Counted from the first letter of the stretch, positions 51,646 through 62,139 are shown. The stretch: DNA of 64,000 bases from Candidatus Eiseniibacteriota bacterium (GCA_963725865.1 CAVSAC010000012.1:1152001-1216000); one strand, 5' to 3'. Translations and numbers: made by a program. The notes: a model not told the origin generated them from the letters alone.

Positions 51646-52625
51646 GCCGCGTCGCCGTGTCCACCGCGCCCGCCGCCCGCGCGCCCGCGCCGGCGCTGGT
51701 GCGCCCGGTCGAGGCGTACCTCGACGAGCTGCGCACCGGTCGGCGGCTGGCGGCGAACACGCTCGACGCCTACGGCCGTGACCTCGCGGACTACACCGGC
51801 TTCGCGGCCCGCCACCGCCTGGCGGACTGGGGCGAGGCCACCCCGGTGTTCGTCGACGGTTACTTCGCCTGGCTCGCCGTGCGCACGCTGTCGGCACGTA
51901 CGGCGGCACGCCGGCGCTCGGTGCTGCGCGGCTTCCACGCGTTCCTCGAGCGCACCGGGCAGCGCACCGACGATCCGCTCGCCCAGCTGCCCGCGGCGCG
52001 CCGCGAGCAGAAGCTCCCTCACGTGCTGGCGGTCGAGGACCTCGAGCGGCTGATCGCCGCGCCGCAGGGGGAGGGCCCGCTGGCGCTGCGCGACCGGGCG
52101 ATGCTGGAGCTGATCTACGCCAGCGGGCTGCGGGTGTCGGAGCTGCTGGGACTCACCCGCGCGGCGGTGCAGATGCGCGAGCGCAGCCTGGTGGTCACCG
52201 GCAAGCGCGACAAGACGCGCGTGGTGCCGTTCGGCACCCGCGCCCAGGCGGCGCTGCGCGAGTACCTCGAGCGCGGCCGCCCGCTGCTGGTCGCCCGTTC
52301 GCGCGGCGAGCGGCTGTTCGTCAACGCGCGCGGCGAGGCGCTCAGTCGTCAGGGGTTCTGGAAGATCCTGCGCGGTCACGCGCGTGCCACCGGGCTGGCG
52401 GCGCGCGTGCACCCGCACGCGCTGCGGCATTCCTTCGCGAGCCATCTGCTGGAGCGGGGCGCCGACCTGCGCGTGGTGCAGGAGCTGCTGGGTCACGCGT
52501 CCATCTCGACGACGGAGATCTACACCCATCTGGACCGGGATTACCTCCGGGAGGTGCATCGCACCTTCCACCCCCGCGAGGCCAGGCGGCCCGCGGGGAC
52601 GACCACTCGAAAGGAGTCTCGATGA
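51642..52625 (+). CDS. xerD: Tyrosine recombinase XerD
   Basis: [78 protein letters not shown]. Confidence 0.9.
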   Translation: MSRVAVSTAPAARAPAPALVRPVEAYLDELRTGRRLAANTLDAYGRDLADYTGFAARHRLADWGEATPVFVDGYFAWLAVRTLSARTAARRRSVLRGFHAFLERTGQRTDDPLAQLPAARREQKLPHVLAVEDLERLIAAPQGEGPLALRDRAMLELIYASGLRVSELLGLTRAAVQMRERSLVVTGKRDKTRVVPFGTRAQAALREYLERGRPLLVARSRGERLFVNARGEALSRQGFWKILRGHARATGLAARVHPHALRHSFASHLLERGADLRVVQELLGHASISTTEIYTHLDRDYLREVHRTFHPREARRPAGTTTRKESR

Positions 52626-53233
52626 GCCGGATGCAAGGCACCACCCTGCGGATCGCGATCGTGGCGATGGCGGCGCTGACGCTGGCGGCACCGGTGCGCG
52701 CGGAGTCCACGATCGTCCTGCCGCGGCCCGGTCAGGTGGGGATCAGCGTGCAGGGACAGTATGGCTCGCTGCTGCAGGGCGGCGCGATCGGCGACCTGTT
52801 CAACAGCGGTCCGGGCCTCGCGGTGCGGCTGCGCTACCGGATGCGCTACGAGCGCGCGCTCGGGCTCTCGTTCGAGAGCCAGACGTTCGACGCGCGCAAG
52901 CCGCAGCCCTCGGACAGCCTGTTCGCCCGCAAGGAGGCCACGCTCATCCTGTCGGGGATCGAGGCCTACCAGCTGTTCGGCACCCGCACGCGCACGACCA
53001 AGATGCTGAGCGCCGGGCTCGGGCTCGTGCAGACGTCGTACAAGCTCAACGACGGTGAGACCGAGTTCCCGGGGGACGGCATGTTCCTGAGCGCGGGCGC
53101 CGGCGTGGAGCAGTTCTTCTATCGCTCCTGGGCCTTCGATCTCAGCACGCGCTATCTCGCCCTGTTCCAGAACGGCAAGGCCAACCACGACATCCAGGCG
53201 AGCCTGGGTGTCGTCTTCTACGCGAGCTACTGA
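52622..53233 (+). CDS. Small outer-membrane beta-barrel protein
   Basis: Signal peptide, about 8 amphipathic strands, aromatic C-terminus ([10 protein letters not shown]). Confidence 0.7.
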   Translation: MSRMQGTTLRIAIVAMAALTLAAPVRAESTIVLPRPGQVGISVQGQYGSLLQGGAIGDLFNSGPGLAVRLRYRMRYERALGLSFESQTFDARKPQPSDSLFARKEATLILSGIEAYQLFGTRTRTTKMLSAGLGLVQTSYKLNDGETEFPGDGMFLSAGAGVEQFFYRSWAFDLSTRYLALFQNGKANHDIQASLGVVFYASY

Positions 53234-54645
53234 TGACCGAACCGCTCTCCATCTCCTTCGAGGGTGCCGCGCGGACCGTGACCGGGTCGCGGCACCGCAT
53301 CCGCTTTGGCCCGCGCCAGTGGCTGTTCGACTGCGGGCTCTATCAGGGTCACCGCGACGAGGCGGAGCGCATCAACCGGACTTTCCGCTTCGCGCCCGCG
53401 GACCTCGACGCGGTGGTGCTGTCGCACGCGCACCTGGACCACACCGGGAACCTGCCGACGCTGGTCGCGCAGGGCTTCCGCGGGCTGATCCACGCCACCC
53501 CGCCGACCGCGGACCTGTGCGGCGTGCTGCTGCCGGACAGCGCGCACCTCATGCAACGCGACGTGGAGCACGTGAACTGGCGCGGCAAGGGCAAGGGCGG
53601 GCCGCCCCGCCAGCCGCTTTACGGACCGGAAGACGTGGACGCCACGCTCGCCCAGTTCGCGACCCATCGCTATCACGAGCCCTGGGACCTGTTCCCGGGC
53701 GTGCGCGTGCAGTACTACGACGCCGGTCACATCCTGGGCTCGGCGCTCACCACGTTCGAGTTCTCGAGCGGCGGTCGCACGCTGCGCCTCGGCATGGGCG
53801 GGGACCTCGGGCGCGCCGGGCGCCCCATCCTGCGCGATCCCGAGGTGCCGCCGGGCGTCGACGTGCTGGTGATGGAGAGCACCTACGGCGACCGGCTGCA
53901 CAGCGACACGGCGGCCGACGAGCTGCGACTGGTCGAGATCATCGAGCGCACGGCGAAGCGCGGCGGCCGCGTCATCGTCCCCGCGTTCGCGGTCGGGCGC
54001 ACGCAGGAGCTGGTCGCGACGCTGCACCGCCTGATCGAGGCCAAGCGCCTGCGGGACCTGCCGATCTTCGTCGACAGTCCAATGGCGTCGCGCACCACGC
54101 AGGTGTTCCGCCACCATGCGGAGGTCTTCGATGCCGAGACGCGCGGGCAGTGGGAGGAGGGCGACGGGTCCCCGTTCGGCTTCGGGCGCCTGCGCTACGT
54201 CTCCTCGCCGCAGGAGAGCATGGCGCTGAACGAGTTCAGCCAGCCGTGCATCATCATCTCGGCGTCGGGCATGTGCGAGGGCGGGCGCGTGCTGTTCCAC
54301 CTGCGCCAGGCCATCGGCGATGCGCGCAATACGGTGTTGTTCGTCGGCTTCCAGGCCGAGGGCACGCTCGGCCGCCGGCTCCGTGAAGGGGCCGAGCGGG
54401 TGAACATCTTCGGGGAGCCCTACGAGCGGCGCTGCGACATCGAGGCGCTGGACTCCTTCAGCGCGCACGCCGACCAGCGCGAGCTGTTGGAGTGGATCGC
54501 CCGCCTCGATCCGGCGCCGCGCGCGATCCATCTCGTGCATGGAGAACCCACGGCCGCGGAGACGCTGGCCGGGCTGCTGCGCGAGCGCACCACCGCGCGC
54601 GTGGACGTGCCAGCGCTGGGGGAGGCCTTCGAGCTGTGGAGCTGA
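53233..54645 (+). CDS. Metallo-beta-lactamase / beta-CASP ribonuclease (YSH1/CPSF73-like bacterial family)
   Basis: DCG, SHAHLDH, AGHILGS, GDLG, ESTYG, PAFAVGRTQE, SAHAD, LVHGE motifs all intact. Confidence 0.92.
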   Translation: MTEPLSISFEGAARTVTGSRHRIRFGPRQWLFDCGLYQGHRDEAERINRTFRFAPADLDAVVLSHAHLDHTGNLPTLVAQGFRGLIHATPPTADLCGVLLPDSAHLMQRDVEHVNWRGKGKGGPPRQPLYGPEDVDATLAQFATHRYHEPWDLFPGVRVQYYDAGHILGSALTTFEFSSGGRTLRLGMGGDLGRAGRPILRDPEVPPGVDVLVMESTYGDRLHSDTAADELRLVEIIERTAKRGGRVIVPAFAVGRTQELVATLHRLIEAKRLRDLPIFVDSPMASRTTQVFRHHAEVFDAETRGQWEEGDGSPFGFGRLRYVSSPQESMALNEFSQPCIIISASGMCEGGRVLFHLRQAIGDARNTVLFVGFQAEGTLGRRLREGAERVNIFGEPYERRCDIEALDSFSAHADQRELLEWIARLDPAPRAIHLVHGEPTAAETLAGLLRERTTARVDVPALGEAFELWS

Positions 54646-56618
54646 CGACCGCTCGCTATCGCGTGGGCCAGCGCCTGCGCCACCCGCAGTTCGGGGAGGG
54701 CCTCGTGGTCGAGGTCCACACCGACCGTGGGCGCGAGGTACTCGAAGTCGTGTTCGAGGGCGTCCTGCGTCGGCTGTCCGCGCAGCGAGACTGGAACATC
54801 GTGCCCGGAAGCGCGCCGCTCGATCCGACCCCGGTCGTGCCGGTCGGCCGCCCCAACGCCCACGACGCGACGCCGGTCGCCGCGCGCGCGGCCCGCACGT
54901 GGCACCCGATGGGCGATCGGCTGGTGGATCTGTGGACCGCGGGCACCCACAGCCCGCCGAACCACTTCGACCTGCGCAGCGAGGCCGAGCGCTGGGCGGG
55001 CTGGGCCGGCACCGATCGCCTCGTGTCGCTCGACTCGCTGCGCGGGGTCGAGCGCTACCCGCACCAGATGCGGGTGTGCCTGAAGGTCATGCGCGAGCTG
55101 AACGGGCGCGCGATCCTCGCGGACGAGGTCGGACTCGGCAAGACCATCGAAGCCGGCATCATCCTGAAGGACTACCTGCTGCGCGGCGCGGTTCGCACCG
55201 TGCTGGTGCTGGTGCCCGCGTCGCTGTGCGAGCAGTGGCGCGCCGAGCTGTGGGAGAAGTTCGAGCTCGACTTCGTGGTCTCGCGTGGTCCGGCCGGGCA
55301 GTGGGGCCGCCATCCGCTCGTGATCTCGTCGCTCGAGACCGCGCGTCACGAGCGCCACCGCCGCCGGGTGCGCGCGTCGAACTACGATCTGGTCTGCGTC
55401 GACGAGGCGCATCGCCTGCGCAATCACCTCACGCTCGGCTGGAAGTTCATCAACGACCTCAACCCGCGCTACCTGCTGCTGCTCACCGCGACCCCGGTGC
55501 AGAACGATCTGCGCGAGCTCTACAACCTCGCCACGCTGGTGCGCCCCGGGACGGTCGGCACGTTCTCCCAGTTCCGGCGCGACTTCCTCACTGGGCACGA
55601 CAAGCGCACGCCGCGCAACACGCCGCGCCTGCGCAGCCTGCTGGAGTCGGTCATGGTGCGCACCCGCCGCAACGAGACCGATCTCACCTTCACCCCGCGC
55701 AAGGTGGAGACCATGTGGGTCGCGCAGACCGCCGCCGAGCGCGCGCTCTACCGCCAGGTCAGCGACTTCGTCGCCGACGCGGTGCGGGGCGAATCGGGAG
55801 CGCCCGGGCGCCCTCACTACTTCACGCTGATGGTGCTGCAGAAGGAGATGGGATCGTCGTGGGCGGCGGCGCGCGCCACGCTCGAGAAGCTCTCGCGCCA
55901 TCCCGACGGCCTCGACCCGCGGCGTCTCAAAGCGCTCGCCGCGCGCGCGACCGACGTCAGCCGCGAACCCAGCAAGGTGCGCTCGCTGCTGCGCTGCGTG
56001 GCCGGGCTCGGCGGCGAGAAGTGCATCATCTTCACGCAGTTTCGCCCCACGCAGGACGCCATCGCCGACGCGCTGCGCGGGATGGGCATCGAGCCGTGCC
56101 TGTTCCACGGCGAGATGGCGTGGAACGAGAAGGAGGACTCGCTCGAGCGCTTCCGTGACGACGCCCAGGTGCTGGTCAGCACCGAGGCGGGCGGCGAGGG
56201 ACGCAACCTGCAGTTCTGCCGCATCGTCATCAACTACGACCTGCCGTGGAACCCGATGCGGGTGGAGCAGCGCATCGGGCGCGTGCACCGCCTGGGCCAG
56301 GAGCACCCGGTGCGGGTGGTGAACCTGGTCGCACGCGGCACCATCGAGGCGTACGTGCTCGAGATCCTCGACAAGAAGATCCGCATGTTCGAGCTGGTGG
56401 TGGGCGAGATGGAGGAGATCCTCGGCACCTGGCAGCCGCACGGCTCGTTCGAGGACGAGGTGTTTCGCCGCTGGACCGAGTCCACCAATCCGCGGGTCCG
56501 CAAGAAGCGCTTCACCGAGCTGGCGCAGCACCTGCTGGTGGCGCGGCGCATGTACCAGGAGCAGAAGAACCTCCAGAATCTCCTGTTCCCGGCCGCGACG
56601 AAGGAGGAGGCGAAGTGA
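54636..56618 (+). CDS. SNF2-family helicase (YqhH/RapA-like) with N-terminal Tudor-like domain
   Basis: ILADEVGLGKT, LVPASL, DEAH, LTATPVQN, IIFTQF, STEAGGEGRNLQ, EQRIGRVHRLGQ; N-terminus YRVGQRLRHPQFGEGLV. Confidence 0.9.
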   Translation: MELTTARYRVGQRLRHPQFGEGLVVEVHTDRGREVLEVVFEGVLRRLSAQRDWNIVPGSAPLDPTPVVPVGRPNAHDATPVAARAARTWHPMGDRLVDLWTAGTHSPPNHFDLRSEAERWAGWAGTDRLVSLDSLRGVERYPHQMRVCLKVMRELNGRAILADEVGLGKTIEAGIILKDYLLRGAVRTVLVLVPASLCEQWRAELWEKFELDFVVSRGPAGQWGRHPLVISSLETARHERHRRRVRASNYDLVCVDEAHRLRNHLTLGWKFINDLNPRYLLLLTATPVQNDLRELYNLATLVRPGTVGTFSQFRRDFLTGHDKRTPRNTPRLRSLLESVMVRTRRNETDLTFTPRKVETMWVAQTAAERALYRQVSDFVADAVRGESGAPGRPHYFTLMVLQKEMGSSWAAARATLEKLSRHPDGLDPRRLKALAARATDVSREPSKVRSLLRCVAGLGGEKCIIFTQFRPTQDAIADALRGMGIEPCLFHGEMAWNEKEDSLERFRDDAQVLVSTEAGGEGRNLQFCRIVINYDLPWNPMRVEQRIGRVHRLGQEHPVRVVNLVARGTIEAYVLEILDKKIRMFELVVGEMEEILGTWQPHGSFEDEVFRRWTESTNPRVRKKRFTELAQHLLVARRMYQEQKNLQNLLFPAATKEEAK

Positions 56619-57784
56619 CCGCGACCGCCGACTCGGGCGCGCGCGCCGCGACCGCCCGCCGCCGCGCGAGCAGCGCCCGCCCTGCGGGCAGCGCCCGCCG
56701 CACGCGCCGTCGCGTGCCGCCGGCGGTCACGCCGACCGCCGCGACCACGGCGCTGCCCGCGGCCTGGCGGCCGTTCGTCGGGCGCTGGCTCGAAGCCTGC
56801 GGCTGCACGGTGAGCGATGCCGCACGCGGCGACTGGGAGGTCGAGCTCGCGGCCCCGCTGCAGAAACGCTGGCGCCGCCAGCGCGTGCGCCTGGTGTTCG
56901 ACCCGCTGCGGCCCACGCTGCCGCGCGGCGCGTGGTTCTGCGCGCCCGGCAGCATGGCGGGGCGCAGGATCCTCGAGGCGCTCACCGAGCGCCCGGCGGT
57001 GACTCGCCGCACCGCGCTGGTGCGCGTGCCCGGCGCGCCCGAGGACGGACTCGCGTCGGTGTGCAAGGTGCGGGGCTTGACGTGGGGCCCGATGCGACTC
57101 GGCCCGGTGCGCTACGAGCGACGCGCGGCGTTCCACGCGATGGTGACGCGCTGGGGCGGGCTGCCGGCGCAGGAGCACTGGGTGGTCGTGCTCGCTCCCG
57201 ACGGCCGCACGGTCGAGTGGACTCCGGGCCACGAGCTGCCCGACGTGCGCAGTCGTGAGGGCCTCTATCAGATCACAGACGATCTCGACCCGGCCGAGCG
57301 CGGCCGCTGGATGGAGGGCGCGCGGCGCGAACTGGAGCGGCGGCTGGGCGAGAAGGAGACCGAATGGGAGCGCACCGTCTCGCGGCTGCGGGACGACGAG
57401 CTCGACCGGCTGGGGGCGTTCTTCTCGGCCCGCATCGAGGAGGAGGAGGAGCGCCTGCGGCGGCGCACCACGGCCGCGGAGGACCCGCTGCTCGACCATG
57501 GCGACGTGACCTCGCTGAAGCTGGAGTGGGAGCGGCGCGCGGCCGAGGTGCGGCAGCGGTGGGCACTGCGGACCGAATTGCGGGTGTGGGGGCTCGAGGA
57601 ATGGTCGTGGCCGGTCGCGGACCTCGAGCAGGAGCTACGGGCCGGGGCGGTGCACGTCCGGGTCTCGAGCCTGGTCGACGTGGCGCGCGGCCGGCCCGCG
57701 CTGCCGGCGTGCCCGACCTGCGGGGCTCCCGCCGAGATGCTCGCGCGCATGCGCGGCGCGGTGGCCTGCTCGCGCTGCGCCTGA
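56615..57784 (+). CDS. YqhG-like protein with C-terminal Zn ribbon
   Basis: GTGA overlap with the helicase. Layout recalls Bacillus YqhG from memory (FVGRWLEACGC..., GS..RRIL, helical DELDRLGAFF, EVRQRW); ends CPTCG...CSRC. Confidence 0.6.
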   Translation: MTATADSGARAATARRRASSARPAGSARRTRRRVPPAVTPTAATTALPAAWRPFVGRWLEACGCTVSDAARGDWEVELAAPLQKRWRRQRVRLVFDPLRPTLPRGAWFCAPGSMAGRRILEALTERPAVTRRTALVRVPGAPEDGLASVCKVRGLTWGPMRLGPVRYERRAAFHAMVTRWGGLPAQEHWVVVLAPDGRTVEWTPGHELPDVRSREGLYQITDDLDPAERGRWMEGARRELERRLGEKETEWERTVSRLRDDELDRLGAFFSARIEEEEERLRRRTTAAEDPLLDHGDVTSLKLEWERRAAEVRQRWALRTELRVWGLEEWSWPVADLEQELRAGAVHVRVSSLVDVARGRPALPACPTCGAPAEMLARMRGAVACSRCA

Positions 57785-57797
57785 CTCGGGAGACCGC

Positions 57798-57827
57798 TTG
57801 ACGGCGGGCCGCCCGAGGCGATAACGT
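57798..57827 (+). promoter_or_regulatory. sigma70-type promoter
   Basis: TTGACG-N18-TAACGT. Confidence 0.5.
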
Positions 57828-57895
57828 GCCTGCCGCTCGCGCCGTGACGGCGTTGATACGGCGCTTTGAAGCAGCGCTGCAAATGGAGGTCTGAC

Positions 57896-58564
57896 TTGAG
57901 TTTGGAGACCAGAAAAGGCGCGGCGCTCGAGGATCAGGGCGCCCATGTCGTGGACCAGCTGACCGCCTTGTGGGAGCGCTACGGGCGACTCGCGGCCGGG
58001 GGCGTCATCGGCGTGGCGGTCGTCATCGCGGGGGCGGTGTTCTACACCCGCTCGCGCGCCGCCACCGAGGAGCTCGCCGCCGGCAAGCTCGCCGAGGCCA
58101 ACGTCCAGTTCTGGCAGGGCGACTATCAGCGCTCGCTCGACGCCGCCAAGCAGGTCTACGCGCAGTACGGTTCCACTCCCAGCGGGCGCGACGCGCATCG
58201 GCTGGCGGGGGACAACGCGTACTGGCTCGGCGACTACAAGGCCGCAGTGGACGAGTACCGCAAGTTCCTCGCGGGCGCTCCCAGCGACATGCTCACCGAC
58301 GCCGGCCGCCGCAGCCTCGCCTACGCGCTCGAGAACTCGAAGCAGTACCAGGAGGCTTCGGACCTGTACGACGGACTGGTGGGCAAGTTCGATCGCGAGT
58401 CCTCGGCCGAATTCCTCGCCGCCTCCGCGCGCTGCCGGGTCGCGCTGAATCAGCCAGCCGAAGCGGCCAAGCGCCTGCAGCGACTGCTGGACGACTTCGG
58501 CGACACCAGCCTCGCCCCGCGCGCGCAGTCCGATCTGGGCGCGCTGCGTCCGACCGGAAGCTGA
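57896..58564 (+). CDS. YfgM-like membrane-anchored TPR protein
   Basis: TTG start with SD GGAGG; N-terminal TM (GGVIGVAVVIAGAVFY) followed by TPR helices. Confidence 0.75.
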   Translation: MSLETRKGAALEDQGAHVVDQLTALWERYGRLAAGGVIGVAVVIAGAVFYTRSRAATEELAAGKLAEANVQFWQGDYQRSLDAAKQVYAQYGSTPSGRDAHRLAGDNAYWLGDYKAAVDEYRKFLAGAPSDMLTDAGRRSLAYALENSKQYQEASDLYDGLVGKFDRESSAEFLAASARCRVALNQPAEAAKRLQRLLDDFGDTSLAPRAQSDLGALRPTGS

Positions 58565-58598
58565 GGGCGCACCGGGCCGGCGGGTCAGAGAGGGCCAC

Positions 58599-60737
58599 GT
58601 GAGCGGAGCGCCGCCGGTCGATCTCGTCTTCCTGTGGCATCACCACCAGCCCGACTACCGCAGTCCGCGGACCGGCCAGGCGCTGCTGCCGTGGGTACGC
58701 CTGCACGCCACCAAGGACTACCTCGACATGGCGCTCCATCTGGAGCGCCATCCTCGTATCAAGGCGACCTTCAACTTCGTTCCGTCGCTGCTCGACCAGC
58801 TCGATGAGGCCGCCGCCGGCACGCCCGACGCGCTGTTCCCGCTGCTCGAGCGAGCGCCGGCCACGCTGACGCCCGAGGAGCGCGACGAGGTGTTGCTGCG
58901 GTGCGCCTCGGCACCGCCGTGGACGCTCGACCGCTGGCCGCGGTATCGCACGCTGGTGCAGAAGGCGGCGCGCGCGCGGCGCGCGGGGACGCGCGAGCCG
59001 CTCGCCGATGGCGACCTGGTCGCGCTGGAGGGGTGGTTCCTGCTGGCGTGGCTGGATCCGCTGTTCCACGACGAGCCGGCCGCGGCGGCGGTGTTGACGC
59101 GCCACGCCGATCCCGGGCCGGTCGAGCGCGATGCGCTGCTGGCCCTCCACGCGCGACTGGTGGGGCGCGTGATCCCCGCCTATCGGGCGCTCGCCGAGCG
59201 CGGCCAGATCGAGCTCACGGAGTCGGCCTACTACCACCCGATCCTGCCGCTGCTGGTCTCACACCAGGCGGCGCGGCGCGCGCGCCCGCAGATGGTGCTG
59301 CCGAGCGAGCCGTTCGCGGCACCCGAGGACGCCGCCCGCCAGATCGAGCGCGGGCTCGAGCGGCACGCGCGCGCATTCGGCGCGCGACCGGCCGGGATGT
59401 GGCCATCCGAAGGCGGCGTGAGCCCCGAGGTGTGCGAGTTGGTCGCGAGCGCGGGCGTCCGGTGGCTCGCCACCGACGAGGGCGTGCTATGGAACTCGCT
59501 GCCGCCGGCGGAGCGCGGCCGCGGCACGCTCTACCGGCCGTGGCGGGTGAGCACCGCGGCGGGCGACGTGGCGCTGTTCTTCCGCGACCACGAGCTCTCC
59601 GACCGCATCGGCTTCATCTACCACCACTGGGACGCCCAGGAGGCGGTGCAGGACTTCCTCGCGCGCGTGCGCCGGATCGGCCAGGAACATGGCGGCGCCG
59701 AGTCGGCGGTGGTGTCGATCATCCTCGACGGCGAGAACTGCTGGGAGCACTACCCGGACGACGGCGGCCCGTTCCTCGAGGCGCTGTACGCGGCGCTCGA
59801 GTCGGCCGCCGACATCCGCACCCGGACGCCCGCGGACCTGCTCGCCGAGCGCGCGGGCGCCATCCCGGCGCTCGCCTCGCTCCACACCGGTTCGTGGATC
59901 GACGCCGACTTCCACATCTGGATCGGCCACCCGGAGAAGAACCGCGCGTGGGATCTGCTGGCGCGCACGCGCCGCGCGTTGGTGGAGGCGGCCTCGACTC
60001 CCGCGACGCATCCGGCCGCGTGGGAGGCACTGGCGGCCGCCGAGGGCTCGGACTGGTTCTGGTGGTACGGCGAGGACCATTTCACCGCCGACAAGGCGCT
60101 CTTCGACCGGCTGTTCCGCGAGCACCTGATGGGAGCGCGCGAGCGGGCCGGGTTGCCGGTGCCGGGCGAGCTGATGTTGCCGGTCGCGCGCCAGCGCATC
60201 AAGCGCGCGGGCACCCAGCCGCAGAACTTCATCGAGCCGACGATCGACGGCCGGCGCACGCACTTCTACGAGTGGCACGGGGCCGGCAGCTTCAAGACGG
60301 GCGCCGGTGGCAGCTCGATGCATCGCGGCGCGGGGCTCGCCAAGGAGGTGCACTTCGGATTCGACGCCCGGCACCTGTTCGTGCGCGTCGACTTCACGGC
60401 CCGACTGCCGGGGGAGGCGGTGGACCTCGCGCTCGAGATCATGACTCCGCGCCCCGTCCGCCTCTCGGTGCGCGGGCTCGTTCCGGGCGAGCGAGCGGTG
60501 CTGTGGGGGGGAGGTCCGCGCGCCGGCAAGCCGGTCGAGGGCGCGCGCGCGTGCGCGCAGCAGATCGTCGAGCTGGCGGTGCCGTTCGCGAGCCTCAAGC
60601 TGATGCCGCACGAGGTCGTGGAGATGATCGCCCAGCTCCAGGAACGCGGCGCCGCGCTGGAGAGCCTGCCGGACGAGGACGTGATGCGCTTCGAGGTGCC
60701 GGACGAGAACTTCGAGCAGATCATGTGGGAGGCGTAG
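58599..60737 (+). CDS. Glycoside hydrolase family 57 (amylopullulanase-like)
   Basis: WHHHQP, WVRLHATKDY, YYHPILPL, GMWPSEGG, ILDGENCWE, AEGSDWFWW. Confidence 0.92.
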   Translation: MSGAPPVDLVFLWHHHQPDYRSPRTGQALLPWVRLHATKDYLDMALHLERHPRIKATFNFVPSLLDQLDEAAAGTPDALFPLLERAPATLTPEERDEVLLRCASAPPWTLDRWPRYRTLVQKAARARRAGTREPLADGDLVALEGWFLLAWLDPLFHDEPAAAAVLTRHADPGPVERDALLALHARLVGRVIPAYRALAERGQIELTESAYYHPILPLLVSHQAARRARPQMVLPSEPFAAPEDAARQIERGLERHARAFGARPAGMWPSEGGVSPEVCELVASAGVRWLATDEGVLWNSLPPAERGRGTLYRPWRVSTAAGDVALFFRDHELSDRIGFIYHHWDAQEAVQDFLARVRRIGQEHGGAESAVVSIILDGENCWEHYPDDGGPFLEALYAALESAADIRTRTPADLLAERAGAIPALASLHTGSWIDADFHIWIGHPEKNRAWDLLARTRRALVEAASTPATHPAAWEALAAAEGSDWFWWYGEDHFTADKALFDRLFREHLMGARERAGLPVPGELMLPVARQRIKRAGTQPQNFIEPTIDGRRTHFYEWHGAGSFKTGAGGSSMHRGAGLAKEVHFGFDARHLFVRVDFTARLPGEAVDLALEIMTPRPVRLSVRGLVPGERAVLWGGGPRAGKPVEGARACAQQIVELAVPFASLKLMPHEVVEMIAQLQERGAALESLPDEDVMRFEVPDENFEQIMWEA

Positions 60738-60780
60738 GTGGCCGCTCCGGACCGCGCTCCCGATCGGCGCCCCCGCCGGC

Positions 60781-62139
60781 CTACTTCACCCAGACGGTCT
60801 TGGCGTTGACGAACTCGCGGATGCCGAGGGTGGAGAGCTCGCGCCCGTAGCCGGAGCGCTTGATCCCGCCGAAGGGCAGGCGCGGATCGGACTTCACGAT
60901 CCCGTTCACGAACACCTGGCCGGCCTCGAGCTCGCCCGCCATCGCCTCGCCGCGGCGCGGGTCGGCGGTCCACACGCTGGCGCCGAGTCCCAGCCGCGAA
61001 CGATTGGCCAGCTCGACCGCGTGCCCGGCGTCGCGGGCGCGCACCAGCGCGGCGAGCGGGCCGAACGTCTCCTCGTCGAACGCCGGCATGCCGGGCGTCA
61101 CCTCGCCGAGCGCGGTCGGCGCGTAGAACGCGCCGGGCCCGGACATCGGATGGCCGCCCGCCAGCAAGCGCGCGCCGGCGGCGATGCTGCGCTCCACCTG
61201 GCCGTGCAGCTCATCGCGCAGGTCGGGCCGCGCGAGCGGGCCGAGCCCGGTCGCGCGATCGAGCGGGTCGCCGACCTTCACCGCGCGCAGCGCCACCACG
61301 AAGGCGTCCGCGAACCGCTCGTAGGCCGGCGCCTCGACGATGAAGCGCTTGGCCGCGATGCACGACTGCCCGTTGTTGACCAGCCGCGCCGCTACCGCGG
61401 TCGCGGCCATCGACTCGATCGGGGCGTCGGCCAGCACGATGAACGGATCGGACCCGCCGAGCTCGAGCACGCACTTCTTGAGCGCGCGTCCCGCGGCGGT
61501 GGCGACCGCGAGGCCGGCGGACTCGCTCCCGGTGACGGAGACCGCGACCACGGTGTCGTGGGAGATCAGGCCGGCGACGGCGGAGGCGGGCACCAGCAGC
61601 GTGGCGAACGCACCGGCGGGAAGCCCGGCATCGCGGAAGATCGACTCGATCGCGAGCGCGCATCCGGGCACGTTCGAGGCGTGCTTCAGCAGCACCACGT
61701 CGCCCGCCAGCAGCGCGGGCGCCGCGCAGCGGAACACCTGCCAGAGCGGGAAGTTCCACGGCATCACGGCGAGCACCGCGCCGAGCGGATCCCAGCGCAC
61801 GAACGAGCGCCCCGCATCCGTGGCGATCGGCTGCGGCGCGAGATCGCGCGGGCCGTGCTCGGCGACGTGCTCGCACACCCAGGCGCACTTGTCGACTTCG
61901 GCCTCGGCCTGCGCGATCGGCTTGCCCATCTCGAGTGTCATCGTCCGCGCGAGCGTCGCGCGGCGCTCGCGCAGCAGCGCCGCCGCGGCCATCAGCACCA
62001 TCGCCCGCGCGGGGACCGGGCGGGCCCGCCAGAGCGGAAATGTCGCGGCCGCCGCGGCCAGGCGGGCGGCGACCTCGGCATCGTCGTGATCCGGATACTG
62101 GGCAAGCGTCTCGCCGGTGGCGGGATTCACGGAGCGCAT
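60781..62139 (-). CDS. NAD(P)-dependent succinate-semialdehyde dehydrogenase-like aldehyde dehydrogenase
   Basis: MRSVNPATGE, MPWNFP, LKHAS, TGS, LELGGSDP, GQSCIA, EETFGP, PFGGIKRSGYGRE; TGnTAAGGT -10 lies 7 nt upstream of the ATG. Confidence 0.92.
   Translation of the reverse strand: MRSVNPATGETLAQYPDHDDAEVAARLAAAAATFPLWRARPVPARAMVLMAAAALLRERRATLARTMTLEMGKPIAQAEAEVDKCAWVCEHVAEHGPRDLAPQPIATDAGRSFVRWDPLGAVLAVMPWNFPLWQVFRCAAPALLAGDVVLLKHASNVPGCALAIESIFRDAGLPAGAFATLLVPASAVAGLISHDTVVAVSVTGSESAGLAVATAAGRALKKCVLELGGSDPFIVLADAPIESMAATAVAARLVNNGQSCIAAKRFIVEAPAYERFADAFVVALRAVKVGDPLDRATGLGPLARPDLRDELHGQVERSIAAGARLLAGGHPMSGPGAFYAPTALGEVTPGMPAFDEETFGPLAALVRARDAGHAVELANRSRLGLGASVWTADPRRGEAMAGELEAGQVFVNGIVKSDPRLPFGGIKRSGYGRELSTLGIREFVNAKTVWVK

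Noticed and set aside
40293..52625. Tyrosine recombinases as phage or island integrases
   Set aside because: Both are about 300-330 aa, embedded in core operons (after topA and uvrC), with XerC/XerD-type motifs and no att sites or cargo.
54636..57784. SNF2 helicase as part of a DISARM/BREX/Zorya-type defence system
   Set aside because: No methylase, phospholipase D, DUF1998 or other defence partners; housekeeping context and typical composition.
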